From Gordius albopunctatus (Eukaryota), in the NCBI GenBank assembly GCA_964276515.1, contig OZ193910.1, positions 7,378,001 through 7,442,000 on the forward strand: a stretch of DNA of 64,000 bases, given 5' to 3'. Below, piece after piece: positions 41,806-55,147 of this stretch (position 1 is the first letter of the stretch; each line of letters begins with the position of its first letter). Below the pieces are notes generated by a model. The model was not told where the DNA came from, did no database searches, and was given only the letters and a program-made list of their open reading frames with translations. The translations under genes and the position numbers were made by a program.

Positions 41806-44140
41806 GCTTTATAAGCGTGTCTCTAGTTTTAGTGAAACAAGGTCCATGCGATCGTGATTTAGAGTTAATAATTTTTGATGACTGATCAAAAAAATGTTTT
41901 TCAAGGAATTCACCTCTTATACCGAAAACTTTCATGAGAGCTATATGGTTGAACAAAAAAAATTAAAACAATTTTGAGGTCGAAAAAAATATTATTTTTC
42001 ATATTCTTTCGAAAGGGAGATGAAAAAATTTTTAAAAGTTAGTAAATATTCTTAGCATTTTGTCCTTGTTAGAATCTTGATAGGAATTTATGCGTGGGAG
42101 GATGTTTTAGATTGAGAGAAATTAAAATTTAGGTGTTGCGTTTAGATTGTTTCAATATCGCTTTATAAGCGTGTCTCTAGTTTTAGTGAAACAAGCTCTA
42201 TGCGATCGTGATTTAGAGTTAATAATTTTTGATGACTGATCAAAAAAATGTTTTTAAAGGAATTCACCTCTTATACCGAAAACTTTCATGAGAGCTATAT
42301 GGTTGAACAAAAAAAATTAAAACAATTTTGAGGTCGAAAAAAATATTATTTTTCATATTCTTTCGAAAGGGAGATGAAAAAAGAATTTTTGCGTGGGGGA
42401 TGTTTGAGATTGAGAGAAATTAAAATTTAGGTGTACGTTTATATTGTTTCAATATCGCTTTATAAGCGTGTCTCTAGTTTTAGTGAAACAAGCTCTATGC
42501 GATCGTGATTTAGAGTTAATAATTTTTGATGACTGATCAAAAAAATGTTTTTAAAGGAATTAACATTTTTTACCGAAAACTTTCATGAGAGCTATATGGT
42601 TGAAGAAAAAATTGAAACAATTTTGAGGTCGAAAAAAATATTATTTTTCATATTCTTTCGAAAGGGAGATGAAAAAATCTTTAAAAGTTAGTAAATATTC
42701 TTAGCATTTTGTCCTTGTTAGAATCTTGATAGGAATTTATGCGTGGGAGGATGTTTTAGATTGAGAGAAATTAAAATTTAGGTGTTGCGTTTAGATTGAT
42801 TCAATTTCGCTTTATAAGCGTGTCTCTAGTTTTAGTGAAACAAGCTCTATGCGATCGTGATTTAGAGTTAATAATTTTTCATGACTGATCAAAAAAAATG
42901 TTTTTCAAGGAATTAACATTTTTTACCGAAAACTTTCATGAGAGCTATATGGTTGAAGAAAAAATTGAAACAATTTTGAGGTCGAAAAAAATATTATTTT
43001 TCATATTCTTTCGAAAGGGAGATGAAAAAATCTTTAAAAGTTAGTAAATATTCTTAGCATTTTGTCCTTGTTAGAATCTTGATAGGAATTTATGCGTGGG
43101 AGGATGTTTTAGATTGAGAGAAATTAAAATTTAGGTGTTGCGTTTATATTGTTTCAATATCGCTTTATAAGCGTGTCTCTAGTTTTAGTGAAACAAGGTC
43201 CATGCGATCGTGATTTAGAGTTAATAATTTTTGATGACTGATCAAAAAAATGTTTTTAAAGGAATTAACATTTTTTACCGAAAACTTTCATGAGAGCTAT
43301 ATGGTTGAACAAAAAAATTAAAAAAATTTTGAGGTCGAAAAAAATATTATTTTTTATATTCTTTCGAATGGGAGATGAAAAAATCCTTAAAAGTTAGTAA
43401 ATATTCTTAGCATTCTGTCCTTGTTAGAATCTTGAAAGGAATTTATGCGTGGGAGGATGTTTTAGATTGAGAGAAATTAAAATTTAGGTGTTGCGTTTAT
43501 ATTGTTTCAATATCGCTTTATAAGCGTGTCTCTAGTTTTAGTGAAACAAGGTCCATGCGATCGTGATTTAGAGTTAATAATTTTTGATGACTGATCAAAA
43601 AAATGTTTTTAAAGGAATTAACATTTTTTACCGAAAACTTTCATGAGAGCTATATGGTTGAACAAAAAAATTAAAAAAATTTTGAGGTCGAAAAAAATAT
43701 TATTTTTTATATTCTTTCGAATGGGAGATGAAAAAATCCTTAAAAGTTAGTAAATATTCTTAGCATTCTGTCCTTGTTAGAATCTTGAAAGGAATTTTTG
43801 CGTGGGGGGATGTTTTAGATTGAGAGAAATTAAAATTTAGGTGTTGCGTTTATATTGTTTCAATATCGCTTTATAAGCGTGTCTCTAGTTTTAGTGAAAC
43901 AAGCTCTATGCGATCGTGATTTAGAGTTAATAATTTTTGATGACTGATCAAAAAAATGTTTTTAAAGGAATTCACCTCTTATACCGAAAACTTTCATGAG
44001 AGCTATATGGTTGAAAAAAAAAAATTAAAACAATTTTGAGGTCGAAAAAAATATTATTTTTCATATTCTTTCGAAAGGGAGATGAAAAAAGAATTTTTGC
44101 ATGGGGGATGTTTGAGATTGAGAGAAATTAAAATTTTCGT
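41806..44140 (+). repeat. ~2.3-kb block, copy 1 (offset 12756; copy 2 at ~54562-56896)
   Basis: TTGA(11)TT lacking the usual C occurs at 44011 and 56767. The two consecutive GAATGGGAG/GAAAGG-type monomers and the AAAAAATTTTTAAAAG allele recur in order. ORF 44158->56914 = 12756. Confidence 0.85.
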
Positions 44141-45049
44141 ATTGCGTTTAGATTGTTTCAATATCGCTTTATAAGCGTGTTTCTAGTTTTAGTGAAACAG
44201 GCTCTATGCGATCGTGATTTAGAGTTAATAATTTTTGATGACTGATCAAAAAAATATTTTTCAAGGAATTCACCTCTTATACCGAAAACTTTCATAAGAG
44301 CTATATGGTTGAACAAAAAAATTGAAAAAATTTTGAGGTCGAAAAAAATATTATTTTTCATATTCTTTCGAAAGGGATGATGAAAAAACCTTTAAAAGTT
44401 AGTAAATACTGATAGAATTTTGTCCTTGTTAGAATCTTGATAGGAACTTTTGCGTGGGGTGATGTTTTAGATTGAGAGAAATTAAAATTTTCGTGTTGCG
44501 TTTAGATTGTTTCAATATCGCTTTATAAGCGTGTCTCTAGTTTTAGTGAAACAAGCTCCATGCGATCGTGATTTAGAGTTAATAATTTTTGATGACTGAT
44601 CAAAAAAAATGTTTTTCAAGGAATTAACATTTTTTACCGAAAACTTTCATGAGAGCTATATGGTTGAAGAAAAAATTGAAACAATTTTGAGGTCGAAAAA
44701 AATATTATTTTTCATATTCTTTCGAAAGGGAGATGAAAAAATCTTTAAAAGTTAGTAAATATTCTTAGCATTTTGTCCTTGTTAGAATCTTGATAGGAAT
44801 TTATGCGTGGGAGGATGTTTTAGATTGAGAGAAATTAAAATTTAGGTGTTGCGTTTATATTGTTTCAATATCGCTTTATAAGCGTGTCTCTAGTTTTAGT
44901 GAAACAAGCTCTATGCGATCGTGATTTAGAGTTAATAATTTTTGATGACTGATCAAAAAAATGTTTTTAAAGGAATTCACCTCTTATACCGAAAACTTTC
45001 ATGAGAGCTATATGGTTGAACAAAAAAAATTAAAACAATTTTGTGGTCG

Positions 45050-48000
45050 AAAAAAATATTATTTTTCATATTCTTTCGAAAGGGAGATGAAAAAAGAATT
45101 TTTGCATGGGGGATGTTTGAGATTGAGAGAAATTAAAATTTTCGTGTTGCGTTTAGATTGTTTCAATATCGCTTTATAAGCGTGTTTCTAGTTTTAGTGA
45201 AACAGGCTCTATGCGATCGTGATTTAGAGTTAATAATTTTTGATGACTGATCAAAAAAATATTTTTCAATGAATTCACCTCTTATACCGAAAACTTTCAT
45301 AAGAGCTATATGGTTGAACAAAAAAATTGAAAAAATTTTGAGGTCGAAAAAAATATTATTTTTCATATTCTTTCGAAAGGGATGATGAAAAAACCTTTAA
45401 AAGTTAGTAAATACTCATAGAATTTTGTCCTTGTTAGAATCTTGATAGGAACTTTTGCGTGGGGTGATGTTTGAGATTGAGAGAAATTAAAATTTAGGTG
45501 TACGTTTATATTGTTTCAATATCGCTTTATAAGCGTGTCTCTAGTTTTAGTGAAACAAGCTCTATGCGATCGTGATTTAGAGTTAATAATTTTTGATGAC
45601 TGATCAAAAAAATGTTTTTAAAGGAATTAACATTTTTTACCGAAAACTTTCATGAGAGCTATATGGTTGAAGAAAAAATTGAAACAATTTTGAGGTCGAA
45701 AAAAATATTATTTTTCATATTCTTTCGAAAGGGAGATGAAAAAATCTTTAAAAGTTAGTAAATATTCTTAGCATTTTGTCCTTGTTAGAATCTTGATAGG
45801 AATTTATGCGTGGGAGGATGTTTTAGATTGAGAGAAATTAAAATTTAGGTGTTGCGTTTAGATTGTTTCAATATCGCTTTATAAGCGTGTCTCTAGTTTT
45901 AGTGAAACAAGCTCTATGCGATCGTGATTTAGAGTTAATAATTTTTGATGACTGATCAAAAAAATGTTTTTAAAGGAATTCACCTCTTATACCGAAAACT
46001 TTCATGAGAGCTATATGGTTGAACAAAAAAAATTAAAACAATTTTGAGGTCGAAAAAAATATTATTTTTCATATTCTTTCGAAAGGGAGATGAAAAAAGA
46101 ATTTTTGCGTGGGGGATGTTTGAGATTGAGAGAAATTAAAATTTTCGTGTTGCGTTTAGATTGTTTCAATATCGCTTTATAAGCGTGTTTCTAGTTTTAG
46201 TGAAACAGGCTCTATGCGATCGTGATTTAGAGTTAATAATTTTTGATGACTGATCAAAAAAATGTTTTTCAAGGAATTCACCTCTTATACCGAAAACTTT
46301 CATGAGAGCTATATGGTTGAACAAAAAAAATTAAAACAATTTTGAGGTCGAAAAAAATATTATTTTTCATATTCTTTCGAAAGGGAGATGAAAAAATTTT
46401 TAAAAGTTAGTAAATATTCTTAGCATTTTGTCCTTGTTAGAATCTTGATAGGAATTTATGCGTGGGAGGATGTTTTAGATTGAGAGAAATTAAAATTTAG
46501 GTGTTGCGTTTAGATTGTTTCAATATCGCTTTATAAGCGTGTCTCTAGTTTTAGTGAAACAAGCTCTATGCGATCGTGATTTAGAGTTAATAATTTTTGA
46601 TGACTGATCAAAAAAATGTTTTTAAAGGAATTCACCTCTTATACCGAAAACTTTCATGAGAGCTATATGGTTGAACAAAAAAAATTAAAACAATTTTGAG
46701 GTCGAAAAAAATATTATTTTTCATATTCTTTCGAAAGGGAGATGAAAAAAGAATTTTTGCGTGGGGGATGTTTGAGATTGAGAGAAATTAAAATTTAGGT
46801 GTACGTTTATATTGTTTCAATATCGCTTTATAAGCGTGTCTCTAGTTTTAGTGAAACAAGCTCTATGCGATCGTGATTTAGAGTTAATAATTTTTGATGA
46901 CTGATCAAAAAAATGTTTTTAAAGGAATTAACATTTTTTACCGAAAACTTTCATGAGAGCTATATGGTTGAAGAAAAAATTGAAACAATTTTGAGGTCGA
47001 AAAAAATATTATTTTTCATATTCTTTCGAAAGGGAGATGAAAAAATCTTTAAAAGTTAGTAAATATTCTTAGCATTTTGTCCTTGTTAGAATCTTGATAG
47101 GAATTTATGCGTGGGAGGATGTTTTAGATTGAGAGAAATTAAAATTTAGGTGTTGCGTTTAGATTGATTCAATTTCGCTTTATAAGCGTGTCTCTAGTTT
47201 TAGTGAAACAAGCTCTATGCGATCGTGATTTAGAGTTAATAATTTTTCATGACTGATCAAAAAAAATGTTTTTCAAGGAATTAACATTTTTTACCGAAAA
47301 CTTTCATGAGAGCTATATGGTTGAACAAAAAAATTAAAAAAATTTTGAGGTCGAAAAAAATATTATTTTTTATATTCTTTCGAATGGGAGATGAAAAAAT
47401 CCTTAAAAGTTAGTAAATATTCTTAGCATTCTGTCCTTGTTAGAATCTTGAAAGGAATTTATGCGTGGGAGGATGTTTTAGATTGAGAGAAATTAAAATT
47501 TAGGTGTTGCGTTTAGATTGTTTCAATATCGCTTTATAAGCGTGTCTCTAGTTTTAGTGAAACAAGCTCTATGCGATCGTGATTTAGAGTTAATAATTTT
47601 TGATGACTGATCAAAAAAATGTTTTTAAAGGAATTCACCTCTTATACCGAAAACTTTCATGAGAGCTATATGGTTGAACAAAAAAAATTAAAACAATTTT
47701 GAGGTCGAAAAAAATATTATTTTTCATATTCTTTCGAAAGGGATGATGAAAAAACCTTTAAAAGTTAGTAAATACTCATAGAATTTTGTCCTTGTTAGAA
47801 TCTTGATAGGAACTTTTGCGTGGGGTGATGTTTGAGATTGAGAGAAATTAAAATTTAGGTGTTGCGTTTAGATTGTTTCAATATCGCTTTATAAGCGTGT
47901 CTCTAGTTTTAGTGAAACAAGCTCTATGCGATCGTGATTTAGAGTTAATAATTTTTGATGACTGATCAAAAAAATGTTTTTAAAGGAATTCACCTCTTAT

Positions 48001-51000
48001 ACCGAAAACTTTCATGAGAGCTATATGGTTGAACAAAAAAAATTAAAACAATTTTGAGGTCGAAAAAAATATTATTTTTCATATTCTTTCGAAAGGGAGA
48101 TGAAAAAAGAATTTTTGCGTGGGGGATGTTTGAGATTGAGAGAAATTAAAATTTAGGTGTACGTTTATATTGTTTCAATATCGCTTTATAAGCGTGTCTC
48201 TAGTTTTAGTGAAACAAGCTCTATGCGATCGTGATTTAGAGTTAATAATTTTTCATGACTGATCAAAAAAAATGTTTTTCAAGGAATTAACATTTTTTAC
48301 CGAAAACTTTCATGAGAGCTATATGGTTGAACAAAAAAATTAAAAAAATTTTGAGGTCGAAAAAAATATTATTTTTTATATTCTTTCGAATGGGAGATGA
48401 AAAAATCCTTAAAAGTTAGTAAATATTCTTAGCATTTTGTCCTTGTTAGAATCTTGATAGGAATTTATGCGTGGGAGGATGTTTTAGATTGAGATAAATT
48501 AAAATTTAGGTGTTGCGTTTAGATTGATTCAATTTCGCTTTATAAGCGTGTCTCTAGTTTTAGTGAAACAAGCTCTATGCGATCGTGATTTAGAGTTAAT
48601 AATTTTTCATGACTGATCAAAAAAAATGTTTTTCAAGGAATTAACATTTTTTACCGAAAACTTTCATGAGAGCTATATGGTTGAACAAAAAAATTAAAAA
48701 AATTTTGAGGTCGAAAAAAATATTATTTTTCATATTCTTTCGAAAGGGATGATGAAAAAACCTTTAAAAGTTAGTAAATACTCATAGAATTTTGTCCTTG
48801 TTAGAATCTTGATAGGAACTTTTGCGTGGGGTGATGTTTGAGATTGAGAGAAATTAAAATTTAGGTGTACGTTTATATTGTTTCAATATCGCTTTATAAG
48901 CGTGTCTCTAGTTTTAGTGAAACAAGCTCTATGCGATCGTGATTTAGAGTTAATAATTTTTGATGACTGATCAAAAAAATGTTTTTAAAGGAATTAACAT
49001 TTTTTACCGAAAACTTTCATGAGAGCTATATGGTTGAAGAAAAAATTGAAACAATTTTGAGGTCGAAAAAAATATTATTTTTCATATTCTTTCGAAAGGG
49101 AGATGAAAAAATCTTTAAAAGTTAGTAAATATTCTTAGCATTTTGTCCTTGTTAGAATCTTGATAGGAATTTATGCGTGGGAGGATGTTTTAGATTGAGA
49201 GAAATTAAAATTTAGGTGTTGCGTTTAGATTGTTTCAATATCGCTTTATAAGCGTGTCTCTAGTTTTAGTGAAACAAGCTCTATGCGATCGTGATTTAGA
49301 GTTAATAATTTTTGATGACTGATCAAAAAAATGTTTTTAAAGGAATTCACCTCTTATACCGAAAACTTTCATGAGAGCTATATGGTTGAACAAAAAAAAT
49401 TAAAACAATTTTGAGGTCGAAAAAAATATTATTTTTCATATTCTTTCGAAAGGGAGATGAAAAAAGAATTTTTGCGTGGGGGATGTTTGAGATTGAGAGA
49501 AATTAAAATTTTCGTGTTGCGTTTAGATTGTTTCAATATCGCTTTATAAGCGTGTCTCTAGTTTTAGTGAAACAAGGTCCATGCGATCGTGATTTAGAGT
49601 TAATAATTTTTGATGACTGATCAAAAAAATGTTTTTCAAGGAATTCACCTCTTATACCGAAAACTTTCATGAGAGCTATATGGTTGAACAAAAAAAATTA
49701 AAACAATTTTGAGGTCGAAAAAAATATTATTTTTCATATTCTTTCGAAAGGGAGATGAAAAAATTTTTAAAAGTTAGTAAATATTCTTAGCATTTTGTCC
49801 TTGTTAGAATCTTGATAGGAATTTATGCGTGGGAGGATGTTTTAGATTGAGAGAAATTAAAATTTAGGTGTTGCGTTTAGATTGTTTCAATATCGCTTTA
49901 TAAGCGTGTCTCTAGTTTTAGTGAAACAAGCTCTATGCGATCGTGATTTAGAGTTAATAATTTTTGATGACTGATCAAAAAAATGTTTTTAAAGGAATTC
50001 ACCTCTTATACCGAAAACTTTCATGAGAGCTATATGGTTGAACAAAAAAAATTAAAACAATTTTGAGGTCGAAAAAAATATTATTTTTCATATTCTTTCG
50101 AAAGGGAGATGAAAAAAGAATTTTTGCATGGGGGATGTTTGAGATTGAGAGAAATTAAAATTTTCGTGTTGCGTTTAGATTGTTTCAATATCGCTTTATA
50201 AGCGTGTTTCTAGTTTTAGTGAAACAGGCTCTATGCGATCGTGATTTAGAGTTAATAATTTTTGATGACTGATCAAAAAAATATTTTTCAATGAATTCAC
50301 CTCTTATACCGAAAACTTTCATAAGAGCTATATGGTTGAACAAAAAAATTGAAAAAATTTTGAGGTCGAAAAAAATATTATTTTTCATATTCTTTCGAAA
50401 GGGATGATGAAAAAACCTTTAAAAGTTAGTAAATACTCATAGAATTTTGTCCTTGTTAGAATCTTGATAGGAACTTTTGCGTGGGGTGATGTTTGAGATT
50501 GAGAGAAATTAAAATTTAGGTGTACGTTTATATTGTTTCAATATCGCTTTATAAGCGTGTCTCTAGTTTTAGTGAAACAAGCTCTATGCGATCGTGATTT
50601 AGAGTTAATAATTTTTGATGACTGATCAAAAAAATGTTTTTAAAGGAATTAACATTTTTTACCGAAAACTTTCATGAGAGCTATATGGTTGAAGAAAAAA
50701 TTGAAACAATTTTGAGGTCGAAAAAAATATTATTTTTCATATTCTTTCGAAAGGGAGATGAAAAAATCTTTAAAAGTTAGTAAATATTCTTAGCATTTTG
50801 TCCTTGTTAGAATCTTGATAGGAATTTATGCGTGGGAGGATGTTTTAGATTGAGAGAAATTAAAATTTAGGTGTTGCGTTTAGATTGTTTCAATATCGCT
50901 TTATAAGCGTGTCTCTAGTTTTAGTGAAACAAGCTCTATGCGATCGTGATTTAGAGTTAATAATTTTTGATGACTGATCAAAAAAATGTTTTTAAAGGAA

Positions 51001-54000
51001 TTCACCTCTTATACCGAAAACTTTCATGAGAGCTATATGGTTGAACAAAAAAAATTAAAACAATTTTGAGGTCGAAAAAAATATTATTTTTCATATTCTT
51101 TCGAAAGGGAGATGAAAAAAGAATTTTTGCGTGGGGGATGTTTGAGATTGAGAGAAATTAAAATTTTCGTGTTGCGTTTAGATTGTTTCAATATCGCTTT
51201 ATAAGCGTGTTTCTAGTTTTAGTGAAACAGGCTCTATGCGATCGTGATTTAGAGTTAATAATTTTTGATGACTGATCAAAAAAATGTTTTTCAAGGAATT
51301 CACCTCTTATACCGAAAACTTTCATGAGAGCTATATGGTTGAACAAAAAAAATTAAAACAATTTTGAGGTCGAAAAAAATATTATTTTTCATATTCTTTC
51401 GAAAGGGAGATGAAAAAATTTTTAAAAGTTAGTAAATATTCTTAGCATTTTGTCCTTGTTAGAATCTTGATAGGAATTTATGCGTGGGAGGATGTTTTAG
51501 ATTGAGAGAAATTAAAATTTAGGTGTTGCGTTTAGATTGTTTCAATATCGCTTTATAAGCGTGTCTCTAGTTTTAGTGAAACAAGCTCTATGCGATCGTG
51601 ATTTAGAGTTAATAATTTTTGATGACTGATCAAAAAAATGTTTTTAAAGGAATTCACCTCTTATACCGAAAACTTTCATGAGAGCTATATGGTTGAAAAA
51701 AAAAATTAAAACAATTTTGAGGTCGAAAAAAATATTATTTTTCATATTCTTTCGAAAGGGAGATGAAAAAAGAATTTTTGCGTGGGGGATGTTTGAGATT
51801 GAGAGAAATTAAAATTTAGGTGTACGTTTATATTGTTTCAATATCGCTTTATAAGCGTGTCTCTAGTTTTAGTGAAACAAGCTCTATGCGATCGTGATTT
51901 AGAGTTAATAATTTTTGATGACTGATCAAAAAAATGTTTTTAAAGGAATTAACATTTTTTACCGAAAACTTTCATGAGAGCTATATGGTTGAAGAAAAAA
52001 TTGAAACAATTTTGAGGTCGAAAAAAATATTATTTTTCATATTCTTTCGAAAGGGAGATGAAAAAATCTTTAAAAGTTAGTAAATATTCTTAGCATTTTG
52101 TCCTTGTTAGAATCTTGATAGGAATTTATGCGTGGGAGGATGTTTTAGATTGAGAGAAATTAAAATTTAGGTGTTGCGTTTAGATTGATTCAATTTCGCT
52201 TTATAAGCGTGTCTCTAGTTTTAGTGAAACAAGCTCTATGCGATCGTGATTTAGAGTTAATAATTTTTCATGACTGATCAAAAAAAATGTTTTTCAAGGA
52301 ATTAACATTTTTTACCGAAAACTTTCATGAGAGCTATATGGTTGAACAAAAAAATTAAAAAAATTTTGAGGTCGAAAAAAATATTATTTTTTATATTCTT
52401 TCGAATGGGAGATGAAAAAATCCTTAAAAGTTAGTAAATATTCTTAGCATTCTGTCCTTGTTAGAATCTTGAAAGGAATTTATGCGTGGGAGGATGTTTT
52501 AGATTGAGAGAAATTAAAATTTAGGTGTTGCGTTTAGATTGTTTCAATATCGCTTTATAAGCGTGTCTCTAGTTTTAGTGAAACAAGCTCTATGCGATCG
52601 TGATTTAGAGTTAATAATTTTTGATGACTGATCAAAAAAATGTTTTTAAAGGAATTCACCTCTTATACCGAAAACTTTCATGAGAGCTATATGGTTGAAC
52701 AAAAAAAATTAAAACAATTTTGAGGTCGAAAAAAATATTATTTTTCATATTCTTTCGAAAGGGATGATGAAAAAACCTTTAAAAGTTAGTAAATACTCAT
52801 AGAATTTTGTCCTTGTTAGAATCTTGATAGGAACTTTTGCGTGGGGTGATGTTTGAGATTGAGAGAAATTAAAATTTAGGTGTTGCGTTTAGATTGTTTC
52901 AATATCGCTTTATAAGCGTGTCTCTAGTTTTAGTGAAACAAGCTCTATGCGATCGTGATTTAGAGTTAATAATTTTTGATGACTGATCAAAAAAATGTTT
53001 TTAAAGGAATTCACCTCTTATACCGAAAACTTTCATGAGAGCTATATGGTTGAACAAAAAAAATTAAAACAATTTTGAGGTCGAAAAAAATATTATTTTT
53101 CATATTCTTTCGAAAGGGAGATGAAAAAAGAATTTTTGCGTGGGGGATGTTTGAGATTGAGAGAAATTAAAATTTAGGTGTACGTTTATATTGTTTCAAT
53201 ATCGCTTTATAAGCGTGTCTCTAGTTTTAGTGAAACAAGCTCTATGCGATCGTGATTTAGAGTTAATAATTTTTCATGACTGATCAAAAAAAATGTTTTT
53301 CAAGGAATTAACATTTTTTACCGAAAACTTTCATGAGAGCTATATGGTTGAACAAAAAAATTAAAAAAATTTTGAGGTCGAAAAAAATATTATTTTTTAT
53401 ATTCTTTCGAATGGGAGATGAAAAAATCCTTAAAAGTTAGTAAATATTCTTAGCATTTTGTCCTTGTTAGAATCTTGATAGGAATTTATGCGTGGGAGGA
53501 TGTTTTAGATTGAGAGAAATTAAAATTTAGGTGTTGCGTTTAGATTGATTCAATTTCGCTTTATAAGCGTGTCTCTAGTTTTAGTGAAACAAGCTCTATG
53601 CGATCGTGATTTAGAGTTAATAATTTTTCATGACTGATCAAAAAAAATGTTTTTCAAGGAATTAACATTTTTTACCGAAAACTTTCATGAGAGCTATATG
53701 GTTGAACAAAAAAATTAAAAAAATTTTGAGGTCGAAAAAAATATTATTTTTCATATTCTTTCGAAAGGGATGATGAAAAAACCTTTAAAAGTTAGTAAAT
53801 ACTCATAGAATTTTGTCCTTGTTAGAATCTTGATAGGAACTTTTGCGTGGGGTGATGTTTGAGATTGAGAGAAATTAAAATTTAGGTGTACGTTTATATT
53901 GTTTCAATATCGCTTTATAAGCGTGTCTCTAGTTTTAGTGAAACAAGCTCTATGCGATCGTGATTTAGAGTTAATAATTTTTGATGACTGATCAAAAAAA

Positions 54001-55147
54001 TGTTTTTAAAGGAATTAACATTTTTTACCGAAAACTTTCATGAGAGCTATATGGTTGAAGAAAAAATTGAAACAATTTTGAGGTCGAAAAAAATATTATT
54101 TTTCATATTCTTTCGAAAGGGAGATGAAAAAATCTTTAAAAGTTAGTAAATATTCTTAGCATTTTGTCCTTGTTAGAATCTTGATAGGAATTTATGCGTG
54201 GGAGGATGTTTTAGATTGAGAGAAATTAAAATTTAGGTGTTGCGTTTAGATTGTTTCAATATCGCTTTATAAGCGTGTCTCTAGTTTTAGTGAAACAAGC
54301 TCTATGCGATCGTGATTTAGAGTTAATAATTTTTGATGACTGATCAAAAAAATGTTTTTAAAGGAATTCACCTCTTATACCGAAAACTTTCATGAGAGCT
54401 ATATGGTTGAACAAAAAAAATTAAAACAATTTTGAGGTCGAAAAAAATATTATTTTTCATATTCTTTCGAAAGGGAGATGAAAAAAGAATTTTTGCGTGG
54501 GGGATGTTTGAGATTGAGAGAAATTAAAATTTTCGTGTTGCGTTTAGATTGTTTCAATATCGCTTTATAAGCGTGTCTCTAGTTTTAGTGAAACAAGGTC
54601 CATGCGATCGTGATTTAGAGTTAATAATTTTTGATGACTGATCAAAAAAATGTTTTTCAAGGAATTCACCTCTTATACCGAAAACTTTCATGAGAGCTAT
54701 ATGGTTGAACAAAAAAAATTAAAACAATTTTGAGGTCGAAAAAAATATTATTTTTCATATTCTTTCGAAAGGGAGATGAAAAAATTTTTAAAAGTTAGTA
54801 AATATTCTTAGCATTTTGTCCTTGTTAGAATCTTGATAGGAATTTATGCGTGGGAGGATGTTTTAGATTGAGAGAAATTAAAATTTAGGTGTTGCGTTTA
54901 GATTGTTTCAATATCGCTTTATAAGCGTGTCTCTAGTTTTAGTGAAACAAGCTCTATGCGATCGTGATTTAGAGTTAATAATTTTTGATGACTGATCAAA
55001 AAAATGTTTTTAAAGGAATTCACCTCTTATACCGAAAACTTTCATGAGAGCTATATGGTTGAACAAAAAAAATTAAAACAATTTTGAGGTCGAAAAAAAT
55101 ATTATTTTTCATATTCTTTCGAAAGGGAGATGAAAAAAGAATTTTTG
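45050..55147 (+). repeat. Tandem duplication of a ~5022-bp 15-mer (10 long + 5 short)
   Basis: ORF 45163->50185 = 5022, and the allele order is identical. The offset becomes 5021 after a 1-bp loss at ~51698. A private GAGATAAATT at ~48495 is in copy 1 only. Confidence 0.88.

Noticed and set aside
44961..45179. 72-aa plus-strand ORF
   Set aside because: It is created by a single private TGA>TGT change (~45044) in a short monomer, so it is a chance ORF.
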